Virus record (IMG/VR): IMGVR_UViG_3300007778_000019
Span: 1-35,687 of that record
Strand: one strand, 5' to 3'
DNA: 35,687 bases
Source of the DNA: a virus
Lineage: Duplodnaviria > Caudoviricetes
The position numbers and the translations under genes are program-made. Below are positions 21,601 through 29,217 of this stretch, one piece after another. The notes beneath the pieces were generated by a model that made no database searches, was not told where the DNA came from, and saw only the letters and a program-made list of their open reading frames with translations. Every line of letters begins with the position of its first letter. The first letter of the stretch is position 1.

Positions 21601-23209
21601 CACTAACCCTGTAGGTGGGTTAGCTATGCGGGATAGGGGTGTACTGGCTATGTCTGATTTACGCGCAGCAGGTACATCATTCTATGATGGCAGTGCTAAC
21701 GCATTATCTGGCAAAAACCATTACATTGCTAAACACAATGAAGTAAACAAAGTCAGTAAAAACAATAAAACCAGTATTCTTACTCAGCTAACCACTGCCA
21801 ATTACAGCAGTCAATCGAGTAACGTATTACTGCCTGTACGTAACGAAGACGGTAAAACAGTTGATTACCGTTATGTCATGAGTGATGAAACACGTACTAA
21901 CCTACTAAACCAAGAAGTCTATGCACCTTTGTTGTTAGGTGAAATGATGGCTGCAATCAAAGAAAAGCAGGATGTTAAAGGCAACAACCGTGCAATGATT
22001 GATGCACTCAAATTAGACTTTGAGAAAAACTTCACTAAAGAACGCAAAGACTTTGTTTACATTGGTTCAGATTCTACTGATCCAAAAATACAGCAAATCT
22101 ACCGTATGTTGCCTAAAGACAGTCGTGATTACATCACTAAGCAGTTTGGCAAAAGCTTTTATGTACGTGAAGAGATTCTTGAAAGTGTCTTTGGTAGAGC
22201 TAAGTACAGCCTAGCTGAAGCACTTACCACTAAAACTGGCGGTGCTAAGATGGCTAAGCTCATTGAGTTATTGCTTCAAGAGTTGGTTCAGTTTGGTAAA
22301 CGCACTATTGTTATTCGTTTCCCTCAAGTACTGCGTGACAACGTAATATCTAACACATTGTTTGGTGTAGCCCGTGGTGTACCACCTACCTACATGATGA
22401 GTAAACAAATTGAAGGTGTACGTCATATTCACAACTACTTGAAAGATGCTTACGAACAACGCCGTTTAGAAAACCAACTAAATGCACGTAAAGATTCATT
22501 AACTGCATCTCAACGTAAAGATTTAGGTAATCAATTATCTAGTGTTATAGGCCGTATTAATAGCAATCCAATTATGCCATTGATTAAAGCTGGTTTATTT
22601 CAAACCATTGCTGATGAAATTGAATTGGCAGAACATGGTGCTTCATTTAGTGATAGATATCTTGAGGATCTTACAGATCGCCTTGGATCAGCATTAAACA
22701 TTAGTCGTGACAAAGGCGTAGGGAAAGGACTGAAAACAGCCGTAGACTTTGCTTACATGGGTACTGATACCGCTATATATAAGTTTATGTCTACAGCCAC
22801 TCAGTATAGTGACTTTGTAGCAAGATACGCTGTGTACTCGTACAAAGTGAAGAAAGGTCAAGAAATTGGTCAAGATGTTAGTGAACAAGAGCTTCTGCAA
22901 CAAGTTCAAGATATGTTTATTAACTACGAGACTATGACTAACTCTAAGCTAGAGTACGCAAGTTCGATTGGTTTTGTTATGTTTAGTAAGTATCCATTAC
23001 GTATTGTACGTGCATTGGTTACTGCATTCAGAGAAAACCCTGTGCAAATGGTAGCGTTACTAGCTGCTCAGGAAATTTTAAACACTGATGCACCTGAGCC
23101 AATGGATTCAGCAACAAGTATGTTGAATATTATGAGTTTGCCTACAGAAGCTTTAAGTGCAGCTGCTACACCTGCAGGTCTAAGATTACTAGGTGTTACG
23201 TTAGATTAA
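12617..23209 (+). CDS. Virion-encapsidated RNA polymerase (N4 gp50-like), 3530 aa
   Basis: Size and synteny. T7-type motifs: A VEADAKTSG (~18101), B RDIAKVLVMPASYMAG (~18365), C SVFDAV (~19085). C-terminal TQYSDFVARY...FINY...GFVMFSKY. No cysteine seen. Confidence 0.95.
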   Translation: MALTLDKNVGIKNVPDNNADKLLNLAKNSLDKTFVNDNQEKLQQHLDKINADLESSLETYAEADKSLREYEAAQEDAFVSNLEANSVAGSALNTGASLLSGGVRIIGDVFSAPARLQAAGLESKYAKALEAVDVEQKAKAELDTINLEVSKHQKSGTLIDLNLLERQTQLQQGLTEATKYLDEQSAIGVDESVFNAGTGPTNRQQALEAINYRKAVEPLITITEMAQENASKLVNRNKQNALLEEVRVDAEQSAKSFNEGNYADAAITAFTGFAKGLVNNPGAATELFAESYPQMLLSAKFATGSTAVLFARNNDDITKEFIEVNKRNPTEQEKTVIGQSALIAAIADAASDKILMQGLPAIAGAIGTTAKAVGIPLEIVSKPFQSLVQRFPKTAKTGEVAGTTTFQPVQEFFSGATTEAATQYGVKQDADKLDTPEIFTQGIVEAIAVGPVQAARGAKALTRETVKGINQGAKVLVERAQEDVANTSEQAKSFYSELTSLDTELTDSIEALKEDQLSPEEFQQQLNDRVKNIAERQLEAALQAVEDVETNENLTSKQKQTYAKDIRASLEKARSLQFEDNFVQKVGFVPTDDNMAIAVNEIIDDTFGNTGAIPVIKRRYMFEVLLDESSVIDDDTVTRILGSKNFSRSEKRAITAKQKFNKLLEERANSTNKTFEEVRQEIFKGTDSTLGVKDYELSILLGLTSGNTDYVTKQATLLNNWVETQINKASAIDQVRTYNEEVRSRVTPENRIPLANVEITERDKAGRITKFKPLGSKTELIYDSRTKRGENAFAKLQRTVQSDTEALVTFRDVINESIATTQDVAPEASQEVTETPVPPVEIPEVSTEVIDENFEPNEGTNSIDADDFAQYENYIDNTEQNEDPTPAIEVEQVIRDTAYDVTPPPTGNISKEALFEGMESLSAWIDQKFDYTVKRDLQTAIYSVLDAVRRGFAQPHLALADPRDQSINYSDFRALLQVFSDVDSQTHAELAKEGFYIPSILEKEYLAAYEQNPDKPAIEGTLKERIARYEDEFIRDLGAVPSIRLDEFVQKGITEGNRNAYTYFLHEKIHIATSRFIQDNPTDSRVKRLKALFERAKRIAAQEPQLFTNASDYWQTNLEEFIAESLSNPELILALKSITLTGEKTSKLNNFFKALIDTIGNALGFSSSQAQTLYDSAVAGFAEIATAQAEVEDSKQTVRRPRTRKRVPTQQELMEQIPMFMEDSTIVNEESSFEPTATALDDWFNNTAPAFVAAPPEMTALPFGISAPEGSETTAEQILNKAEVNPTIAENIDGDVTVNKRSYDPKSDVTLITEGRTSSVLARISNFFESYRNNTLAIPFVSRESENGFRVLDKFVKQFGEAFVPVFEITDFKTAKGQQFSFLRKINNQDKFNLNPALHFFHMVTFKDKTVTSQSGTFALQKGAVDPNVMSAMAVVAFEWLATEASNTLYNNDYAIRKLMGYSDNQVIPKFIYEQLSEGMPRSQLADTLGKAFLKQFDAKLNPELVDHLANDRLVKSIGLHIIATLQSQGYINTKQVNLGKLGAYENDPVFVTLAYKGKGLNKQPTAAIELFRQSYSPSFFQQMFGIVRKARGPSFRPRKPLKSIHIGLNGEVGKDRVALVNKQRSVPWNIRKDKVRLLDKLSQGDVATVDFVKKLMGYNFDIRNNTPLAFQENVEAKNREIEREIAQIVEFYESYKATNNKDFYFDYALQDNIRMRVNGSIFNYQSTKLVRHLIYSPEWGVQKVSKSDPAVMHGLQEAFDKQFSFTSVTGLLRNKDIKAALAALKVGKVADPAVQNIVNDELQLDALYYLLDHSQTKGKLVTTQYVVEADAKTSGIILTERMFPSNTPESDQILRAGGFYTFSDIPQSLEEFAADKSNRDNYNRLIDVWMRHVTGILENNKNPKLHQLTHLIELNRDIAKVLVMPASYMAGNQGLIETLTEHFIKELSFKLVEAKGNPEQYQLLLDQINAVTNGKLTTELDLRTESLPKALEDNLRAQFTTLYGSTLETALEELQTQSRERAKLVNLYTNIAYAVFKFKFDKFINGISSKITEAQFRDEFQAFLEQNAPILEYIDASVKTEGYFAAKVGRKSSPMFSDINNASVILSGGKQSISAYVKQLDFDAPGVAAFVNGIQSLDAAGMEGVIKNHTVMSVFDAVLTPPSLLTETVNTYVRAIEDNASRYNMLDNAVTLMRTSLDSLRTKDDSGLLNEFISTLKDQQKNKAYSRLIKELKATKELDLTEATLADIEALLEAAQQEVDLSEQERSTYKLRLSSVDHMEFAPGRQTYELGIEDELAIDFTNEETAQKGLKKVVDNIVENIDKDENNGDTLGSTPYSRKDTFNAQETHELKADSVAQVYDNLEAVDRPNRVNISDTHDSLLRNVVNTLVATVMPAIDAYELRVRTIGSSIYAQIRPDNVIELTKNYRPVKTLVQMSAKEAYVHELAHLISKTGIADPENAITVRKLDQLMRRAKQELNKKYDGKGWKIFLHTDSDGKIIYKTNKAAEEKAAKEQFDYIFNNPKLVRVRVKVNGKTQDIDTHVGLHEFVAFGLTNEKLNDFLKTIPGYKIEDNRDGSLAAAVKYYFDKIVFRLARMFGSKNNVSGDKALYDMVLELNESHQLRLNMLDKLFAGPIDSLNTTVVNAWRKHVFAPLNRANLRRLTLEGAGPKEAVARLTFGKLIDPQNAYYSRALGEMRRRMNISTVGFVQEIAAEIFNANSLVFKNVEKILLRSRILIDQQRQRAVGAITGDLEAQFATPIDRLQGEALTRVFMRTGLTDIFGEINRKNYKKVISTLQDPSVRIKTAVATLSALGPIGNFYINQARGLGIYMAKGLVTVEGLGLNAEQIVRAEVVKEAGGQVPSMNAEERAKAKQAIDDLASLIAIQNTSRDMRNTAVDLINSEFEANKQFNGIQFFSGQLALHRAESLVKNFQGNEMLTTKGYVKNVFDKFMSFKVLPYPVSGEDAIALKKAGYTYYQQLPTDPNDPLSQTMAMYTNPVGGLAMRDRGVLAMSDLRAAGTSFYDGSANALSGKNHYIAKHNEVNKVSKNNKTSILTQLTTANYSSQSSNVLLPVRNEDGKTVDYRYVMSDETRTNLLNQEVYAPLLLGEMMAAIKEKQDVKGNNRAMIDALKLDFEKNFTKERKDFVYIGSDSTDPKIQQIYRMLPKDSRDYITKQFGKSFYVREEILESVFGRAKYSLAEALTTKTGGAKMAKLIELLLQELVQFGKRTIVIRFPQVLRDNVISNTLFGVARGVPPTYMMSKQIEGVRHIHNYLKDAYEQRRLENQLNARKDSLTASQRKDLGNQLSSVIGRINSNPIMPLIKAGLFQTIADEIELAEHGASFSDRYLEDLTDRLGSALNISRDKGVGKGLKTAVDFAYMGTDTAIYKFMSTATQYSDFVARYAVYSYKVKKGQEIGQDVSEQELLQQVQDMFINYETMTNSKLEYASSIGFVMFSKYPLRIVRALVTAFRENPVQMVALLAAQEILNTDAPEPMDSATSMLNIMSLPTEALSAAATPAGLRLLGVTLD

Positions 23210-23361
23210 TCGTCTGCAAAGGCTAGTGCTGCAAGAAACCATGCAAACACAATAATGCCTATCAGTGATCCAAAGAGAATCAGTACAGGGGTAGCTAGAA
23301 ATAGTACTACCCCTACACTGGCTAATAACACCGCTAAGAAAAATATTTTTAATGTTTTCAT
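23206..23361 (-). CDS. Small two-helix membrane protein (51 aa; not in the ORF track)
   Basis: Read by hand: MKTLKIFFLAVLLASVGVVLFLATPVLILFGSLIGIIVFAWFLAALAFADD*. Its stop overlaps the vRNAP stop. Confidence 0.75.
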   Translation of the reverse strand: MKTLKIFFLAVLLASVGVVLFLATPVLILFGSLIGIIVFAWFLAALAFADD

Positions 23362-23379
23362 AACGCTGCCTAATGATAA

Positions 23380-23850
23380 TTAGGTAAATAATTTAAAAGT
23401 TGTTTTTGCTGGCTCAACAGGTTCTTCTTTAAATAAACCAGTGCTTTCAGTTTCTGGTTCTTCTGCAGGAATAGTATTTACAAATGCATTCCAGCCAACA
23501 GTTAACTCTTCAACAGATTGTTCTGGCTCAGATTCATCAACTTCTTCATCAACTTCTTCAGTAATGTCTTTAGCAATGTCTTCAGAGGCAATCTCAGGCT
23601 CTACAAGGAACTCTTCTTCTGGGGTAACCTTACGGCTATCTAGCAGGTTATTTACTGCTAAGAAGGTTTTAGGTGGCTCTGACAGCTCTGCTAGAACATC
23701 ATTAGAAATGTAAATAGCTGCAGTACCAAAATTACCGTTACGACCGCCAATAACGACAGTTTTAATAATCTTATCGCTGCTAATGCCTCGTCTACGGACA
23801 TACTCTTCAATAGCTAGTTGAAGTTCTTCACTAGATAAATCAATTTTCAT
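23380..23850 (-). CDS. Conserved N4-like hypothetical protein with an acidic tail
   Basis: MKIDLSSEELQLAIEEYV...GGRNGN N-terminal domain; ATGA overlap with the upstream gene. Confidence 0.75.
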   Translation of the reverse strand: MKIDLSSEELQLAIEEYVRRRGISSDKIIKTVVIGGRNGNFGTAAIYISNDVLAELSEPPKTFLAVNNLLDSRKVTPEEEFLVEPEIASEDIAKDITEEVDEEVDESEPEQSVEELTVGWNAFVNTIPAEEPETESTGLFKEEPVEPAKTTFKLFT

Positions 23851-24071
23851 AAATTTTTCTCACTTAAATAATGTGCTAATGCGTTATAGCCACCAATATG
23901 TTCACCACCGTAGAACACTTGTGGAACAGTTTTCCATGCTGGGTCACGCCAAGTAGGATTAGTGCCTACATCTAGATAACCAAACGCTAGGTTTTTTGAA
24001 TGCAGTAATTCTTTGGCTTTGTCACAGAAAGGACATTCAGCTTTACCGTATATAAAAAATAAATCACTCAT
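23847..24071 (-). CDS. Glutaredoxin (74 aa)
   Basis: IYGKAE-CPFC-DKAK, TVPQVF and HIGGY motifs. The likely start is ATG at 24071 rather than 24206. Confidence 0.92.
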   Translation of the reverse strand: MSDLFFIYGKAECPFCDKAKELLHSKNLAFGYLDVGTNPTWRDPAWKTVPQVFYGGEHIGGYNALAHYLSEKNL

Positions 24072-24453
24072 AGGAATCACATTGCGTAATTTGTATTTCA
24101 ACTCTTGGATTGTCTTTATCGACTTCACCAAACAAAAAAGTTGACTGCACCACTTCTTTATAACTGTCGTCAGATATACAACCGTACTCAACCAAAGCAT
24201 CTTCAAAAAACTTTTGATGAACGCTTAATGCATTGCCTAAGTCACCACGCTGCTTATTTTTAGGAAACAACGTGTATGTTATTTTTATTGGGGTAACTAA
24301 CAATACATCGGTAAGTTGAGTAGCCAAAGATTCTTTATATCGAATCTTGGCTGTATTCAACGTATAAAAATGAGCGTTCCTGTACTGATTAAGATTCAGT
24401 ACAAAATACTTTGTCTTAGTAACAGGAACTCTAAGTGGTGCAATCACTAACAT
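24064..24453 (-). CDS. RusA-like Holliday junction resolvase
   Basis: LNLNQYRNAH, DLGN...KFFEDALV..G.I.DD and VDKDNPRVEI motifs. Start at 24453 is just past the SSB stop. Confidence 0.85.
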   Translation of the reverse strand: MLVIAPLRVPVTKTKYFVLNLNQYRNAHFYTLNTAKIRYKESLATQLTDVLLVTPIKITYTLFPKNKQRGDLGNALSVHQKFFEDALVEYGCISDDSYKEVVQSTFLFGEVDKDNPRVEIQITQCDSYE

Positions 24454-24457
24454 ACAA

Positions 24458-25216
24458 TTACTTAAACAGTGATCCACTTGATTTAGGCGCAATGGTCGCT
24501 ACGTTAGTAGGCTCTGCTTTAGGTGCAGGTGTAGCTCCACCTTTAGCTATTTTGCTCTTAATACGCTGTTTACCTTGGTTACGGGTAATCCAGTTATCAA
24601 GTGCAGTAGCCTCTTTAGCTTTACCTACAATTTCTTTAGGACTCATACGATCAACTGCACGGAATACTGCATTAATCTCATTGATAGTAATGGTTTCACC
24701 TGAAGGTACATATTCACCTTGAGCATTTTTAACATTCTTGTCGTCTACAACTTCTTGCAAACCAAGAATGATTTCTTTGCCCAGTAAATCTACCAGTACG
24801 TGTTTCTTTTGAGGTAGTTCTTTACGTGCAGTACGATCCCACAAAGACAAGACCTTTTCTTCAGCTTCTTTACCAACTACTGCTAATGGATCACCAGAAG
24901 CCAACAAACACAAGTTGTTAGCAATAGTAAATCCAGGCAAAGGACGTGCTTCACCAGATTTTTTATCTAGGTAAGTACCTTGTCCTTGACGGTTAGTAAA
25001 ATAAATAGTTTGACGTACAATTCGACCTTCAGCATCTTTGAAGACAAAGTTCACGTTATGTGCACCACCAGCAGATACATCCAAGTAAGCCATATCAATA
25101 GTCATATGGTATGCATCAGTAGGAAATGGGCCGTACTGTGCACCTGAGCTAGCAGGTGCTGAATCAGATTGTTCTGATACGGTATCAATATCAGTTAAGT
25201 TATCAAAAATTGACAT
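24458..25216 (-). CDS. ssb: Single-stranded DNA-binding protein (N4 gp45-like)
   Basis: AYLDVSAGGA, PLPGF..AN.LC.L, NAQGEYVPSGET...NEI and C-terminal SLF motifs; GAGG SD; synteny. Confidence 0.88.
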   Translation of the reverse strand: MSIFDNLTDIDTVSEQSDSAPASSGAQYGPFPTDAYHMTIDMAYLDVSAGGAHNVNFVFKDAEGRIVRQTIYFTNRQGQGTYLDKKSGEARPLPGFTIANNLCLLASGDPLAVVGKEAEEKVLSLWDRTARKELPQKKHVLVDLLGKEIILGLQEVVDDKNVKNAQGEYVPSGETITINEINAVFRAVDRMSPKEIVGKAKEATALDNWITRNQGKQRIKSKIAKGGATPAPKAEPTNVATIAPKSSGSLFK

Positions 25217-25238
25217 AGTTTAATCCTCGTAGTTTTTC

Positions 25239-25955
25239 TTAAGCATAATAGTCATGCAGACGTTCGATGACGTTCTGTATGTTATTATCAATGTATGTCT
25301 CTGGCGTAGACCACATACGTAGTGGTGCACGAATACGCTCATTGACAGTATCTTTAGTAATCTTGGTTTGAAAAACATATTTAAAACCAAGTGCCTCTTC
25401 TTCTGGTGTAATGTCTAGTAGATCATTACCATAGTCTTTCAAAGCTTTTAAATTAACTTTTTTAGTGCTGATTACAGTACTGAAATATGACTCTACACCT
25501 TGGTTCATAATTGAACCTTTTACTTTTACCATAGTCTCCATTGTCATTTCAGACTCATTGAGAATGTCTGATGTATGAGCAGTAAAAATAACATTCTTAC
25601 TTGAACGGACTACATATTGACTCATTAGTTTTTTAAAAAACTGAGCATAGTCACCCCAAGCTTTCATCGTATTGCTAGCATTCGACACATAAACGCTTTC
25701 GAACATATCCATTAGATAGGTCAAGCTATCTACAATAATGGTATGCACTCCAGGCATAGTCTCAGCTTCATCAAATGCTTGGTATACCTGCATTGGATCG
25801 AGAATAGTGAATTCTTTGAACTTACTTTTGAACGGTAACTTTTTATTATTTTCACAGTTCAAATAAATAATGTTTTCCTGATCTTTAAGATCCATCAAAC
25901 ACGCAGACTTACCTGTAGCGGATTTACCGCTAACTAACACTAAATGGTCATTCAT
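25239..25955 (-). CDS. Sak4-like AAA ATPase / ssDNA annealing protein (N4 gp44-like)
   Basis: Walker A GKSATGKS, Walker B IIVDSLT, GVESYFSTV and ERIRAP motifs. Confidence 0.9.
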   Translation of the reverse strand: MNDHLVLVSGKSATGKSACLMDLKDQENIIYLNCENNKKLPFKSKFKEFTILDPMQVYQAFDEAETMPGVHTIIVDSLTYLMDMFESVYVSNASNTMKAWGDYAQFFKKLMSQYVVRSSKNVIFTAHTSDILNESEMTMETMVKVKGSIMNQGVESYFSTVISTKKVNLKALKDYGNDLLDITPEEEALGFKYVFQTKITKDTVNERIRAPLRMWSTPETYIDNNIQNVIERLHDYYA

Positions 25956-25978
25956 TTTAATTACCTATATATGATTTG

Positions 25979-26010
25979 CTAGACTGCATGAAATGCAGCC
26001 TAGTTTTTTT
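25979..26010 (+). terminator. Hairpin overlapping the primase stop; possible + strand terminator or - strand stabilising stem
   Basis: CTAGACTGCAT-GAA-ATGCAGCCTAG followed by T7 on the + strand; on the - strand the mismatch becomes a G-U pair. Confidence 0.5.
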
Positions 26011-28144
26011 GAGTTAACTTACGCATTACTGACACAAGAATCGTATTGTCGATCTCATCAACAGGTAACGGATTCTTGAGGTTATTATTGAATGCATAGA
26101 CTGCACTACGTACACCGTCATAGTCATAACCACTATCTACCAATACATAAGCATACTTAATTAATGTATTAGATCGGTTACCTGAACCAGCTTTCAATAA
26201 AAACCAACGCTCTAAGTTATTTAAGGATGCATAATCCATAACTTTCTGGTGGTGTTCTGTTTGTTTTTTAGTATCAGGAATAAACAACAAAGCATCTAGC
26301 ATTGCACCGTCTTGATAGTAGTAATCACCAGCATACGCTTCCCACTTACGGGCAATGTCTTTACCAGCGTTATCTACTTCAAAGGGCAACCATTCAAACA
26401 CGTTTTCCATAAACTGTTTGTAGATTGTTGGATCTAACTTAACAGTATGGCTTAACGGTAGAATAATCCTATAACGGTTATTCTCAGGAGTATGGCGTTT
26501 AGTGGTAGCAAACAATGCTTTGTAATCTTTAAGCAAAGATCGAGCAGCATTCAATGTTGTACCATCGTCTACGTCAATAATGACCAGATTAAAGCCAGGA
26601 ATAGCATTGTCACTATTGCGGTATTTATCCACAAAGTGATGAGCTGTGTAGTGCAATCCAGAGGTAGATGTTAGTTTATGTAACTGATCCCAAGGTGCAT
26701 ATTCTGACTCAAAGTTTTGAGTAATATCCTGAGAGTATGAACAGGTCAATTTATTGAGGTCAGTACGGTCAAGTGTTTCACCGCTAAAGAACTCAATGTT
26801 GTCTGTCATGCTAGTACGAATAATAATATTATTACGATAACCCCAAGCAATAGCTTGGCTCATAATATCTCTACGTTGAGCATTACCCCCCTTATAGAAT
26901 GGCAAGTCTTCACTTAATTCTACTTGGGTTACTTCTTTACGAACTTCAGCCAAATAACGTGCTACACGTTCATAAGCTTTGGGTCGTTCAAGAATTTCAA
27001 GGAATGCCATACCAGAATCTTCTACAAGGCGTATAGCAGCTTCTAAATGGTATGACTGCATACTAGGGGAGCTATCAATAAAAGCGTAAGCTCCAGCTAG
27101 CTTCAGAGCCTTGTAATAACGGTGACTAAGTTCAGCTTTCTGCAACTCTTCAAAGTCACGCATTTGCTCTGCACGTTCTTCACAATCTAGTTTATAACGC
27201 AGTAGATCAATACTGATTTGCTTACTGACATCAATGCTTAAATTAAAGTTGATTGGATCAGCTAGCTTCTCCATCATAGCACTGAGTGCATCTAAGTCCT
27301 GATCAATAGACGTGTCTGTAAGCTGTTTGTAGGCTTCTTCTGGGGTAGGTGTACCCAACTTATTCACTTTACGTGAATAGCCAAACAAGCAACGTCTAGC
27401 GTAGCCTGTATCCAACATAGAAATAAATTCTTCTTCGGTTTTACCACCGTTAAGCAATTTACTGGGTGTACCATACAGCATCATATTGGCAGGTGTACGA
27501 CCATCTAATTGCTGACCACGACGATTCTCTGATGTATTTTTAGTCAGCTTTTGTTTTACTTTACCTACGTCATACAATTCTAAGAAGGTAGCCAACACTT
27601 CAGCATTACCTAACAGATTAGATCCCATCTCGTCCATTTCTAGGTTGATAGCACCTGCATTAGCCATCAGTAATTGCTGACGCATTTGCTTAACAGCAGG
27701 TGTAGTACCTGAGTCAAAGCTGAATACTAATGGCCCTAAAGTTTCAAACTCATGCTTTAAAATTTCCAGCATACTAGAAACGTCTAAACCAGATTTAGCT
27801 GCACGAAGATTAGCCATCTTGTTCAAGTTATTTTCTACTTGTATGGGATAGGTCTCTTGCATATAAACATCTTTAAAGCCTTGAAGTACCAAGTCTTCCA
27901 TAATGTTAGTAGAAAAGCCTTTACCAGAACCAGACACACTCAGGTTAATGGCATAAGTATTAACAGGAATAACACCACGATCAGTGGTATTAATGTCAGT
28001 ACGCATTAACGCTGCTATTTTAGAAAAATAATAAGCAACCAAAATTCTAAAGAATTGTGGGTTATTGTTTTGGGTCTTTTTGATCAGAGCATTTACTAGC
28101 TTTTCTTGCGGAGCAAAATAAGCCATATCTTCTATGAGTTTCAT
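26000..28144 (-). CDS. DNA primase with an N-terminal P-loop ATPase domain (N4 gp43-like)
   Basis: SGSGKGFS Walker A, EMDEMG, FDSGTTPAVKQ, IIDVDDG and TTKRHT primase motifs; C-terminal GNRSN.L (PriCT-like). Confidence 0.9.
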   Translation of the reverse strand: MKLIEDMAYFAPQEKLVNALIKKTQNNNPQFFRILVAYYFSKIAALMRTDINTTDRGVIPVNTYAINLSVSGSGKGFSTNIMEDLVLQGFKDVYMQETYPIQVENNLNKMANLRAAKSGLDVSSMLEILKHEFETLGPLVFSFDSGTTPAVKQMRQQLLMANAGAINLEMDEMGSNLLGNAEVLATFLELYDVGKVKQKLTKNTSENRRGQQLDGRTPANMMLYGTPSKLLNGGKTEEEFISMLDTGYARRCLFGYSRKVNKLGTPTPEEAYKQLTDTSIDQDLDALSAMMEKLADPINFNLSIDVSKQISIDLLRYKLDCEERAEQMRDFEELQKAELSHRYYKALKLAGAYAFIDSSPSMQSYHLEAAIRLVEDSGMAFLEILERPKAYERVARYLAEVRKEVTQVELSEDLPFYKGGNAQRRDIMSQAIAWGYRNNIIIRTSMTDNIEFFSGETLDRTDLNKLTCSYSQDITQNFESEYAPWDQLHKLTSTSGLHYTAHHFVDKYRNSDNAIPGFNLVIIDVDDGTTLNAARSLLKDYKALFATTKRHTPENNRYRIILPLSHTVKLDPTIYKQFMENVFEWLPFEVDNAGKDIARKWEAYAGDYYYQDGAMLDALLFIPDTKKQTEHHQKVMDYASLNNLERWFLLKAGSGNRSNTLIKYAYVLVDSGYDYDGVRSAVYAFNNNLKNPLPVDEIDNTILVSVMRKLTQKN

Positions 28145-29118
28145 AATATTAATTGTCCTTTGCGAATATAATCGTGCGCTTGTTCACATATGCTGACTGC
28201 AGGGCAGTACCTACAAAAGCCAACACTTCCCTCTACAGTAACGATTTCACCAATAGATCCATCGTCTACATACCTTTGGTATGCTTGCCAATATTCATCA
28301 AAGTTCTTAGTGCTTCTTGTTTTATTGGCTGGATTTTTATAGTACTTATAAACTGCTGGACGTTGCCAAATCTCTTCTGCAGTACATACAGGCATAGCAC
28401 TTTGGTCAAGATCTTTATATCTAATTAATTCGTTTAATTTATTTGCTATAAAGGCTTCAGTTTCCCCAGGGGTCATTAAGGGATACTTTTCAGTAACAAT
28501 GCGAGATTTAGGATACGTTGGATCAGACTTAGCTTTAACTGCAGACCAATCAGTAAAAATATACTGAATACGCATATAGTCTTCAGTAATTAAATCTGGG
28601 TTAAGCCACCGATAAATACTACCTTGCTCAATATACTTTTGCTTATTGCTTTGGTTAATCCAATTAAACGTACTTGTAGATTTAAAGTCTTCTAGTACGC
28701 CATCACAAATAAAGTCGAATTTACCTGTAATTGTAAAACCTAGAAGTTCACGTTCACGACGTATTTCCATATAAATAGGAATGCTATCTTCAGTTAAATC
28801 TTCTGGATTAGGATTAACTACAATATTGTTGCGTATTTTGTTAGGTAGATTTAATTTAGCTAACGTATCATTTAGATCAGTTTTTAACCAAGCTTGCTCA
28901 ATAGCAGTATGTAGTGCAGTACCCATCCGACTAGGTACAAGGTCTAATACATCAACTGAAGCTGCTTGAGTAGGAATACTAGAACTAAGTAAAATACTTT
29001 TTGTAGGTTTTAAAAGGCTAGTAGCACTTAGCGTATTAGTGTCTTTATTATGGTCATAGTCATCATCAGCTAACCAGACAGCAATACTCATGCTGAGATT
29101 GTTTAAATTTGTAAGCAT
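28141..29118 (-). CDS. PD-(D/E)xK exonuclease (N4 gp42-like)
   Basis: SRMGTALH, GKFD...EDFKST, QGSIYRWLNP and a C-terminal C...CRYC.....C cluster. GAGG SD before ATG at 29118. Confidence 0.88.
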   Translation of the reverse strand: MLTNLNNLSMSIAVWLADDDYDHNKDTNTLSATSLLKPTKSILLSSSIPTQAASVDVLDLVPSRMGTALHTAIEQAWLKTDLNDTLAKLNLPNKIRNNIVVNPNPEDLTEDSIPIYMEIRRERELLGFTITGKFDFICDGVLEDFKSTSTFNWINQSNKQKYIEQGSIYRWLNPDLITEDYMRIQYIFTDWSAVKAKSDPTYPKSRIVTEKYPLMTPGETEAFIANKLNELIRYKDLDQSAMPVCTAEEIWQRPAVYKYYKNPANKTRSTKNFDEYWQAYQRYVDDGSIGEIVTVEGSVGFCRYCPAVSICEQAHDYIRKGQLIL

Positions 29119-29217
29119 GATAAACCTCTGGTTCATTGCATGTATGTGATAGGGGGTAGTTCGTTGTAGCTACAGGTGAACCACTCCTGCGGAGGCACGG
29201 TTGAATAACCAAAACCG

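Noticed and set aside
24072-24206. 45-aa N-terminal extension on the glutaredoxin
   Set aside because: It lies wholly inside the resolvase gene in another frame; the glutaredoxin fold begins at ATG 24071.
29184-29194. N4 vRNAP hairpin promoter (C-GCA-G triloop on the minus strand)
   Set aside because: The stem is only 4 bp, the orientation would transcribe antisense to local genes, and the site is far from an early region.
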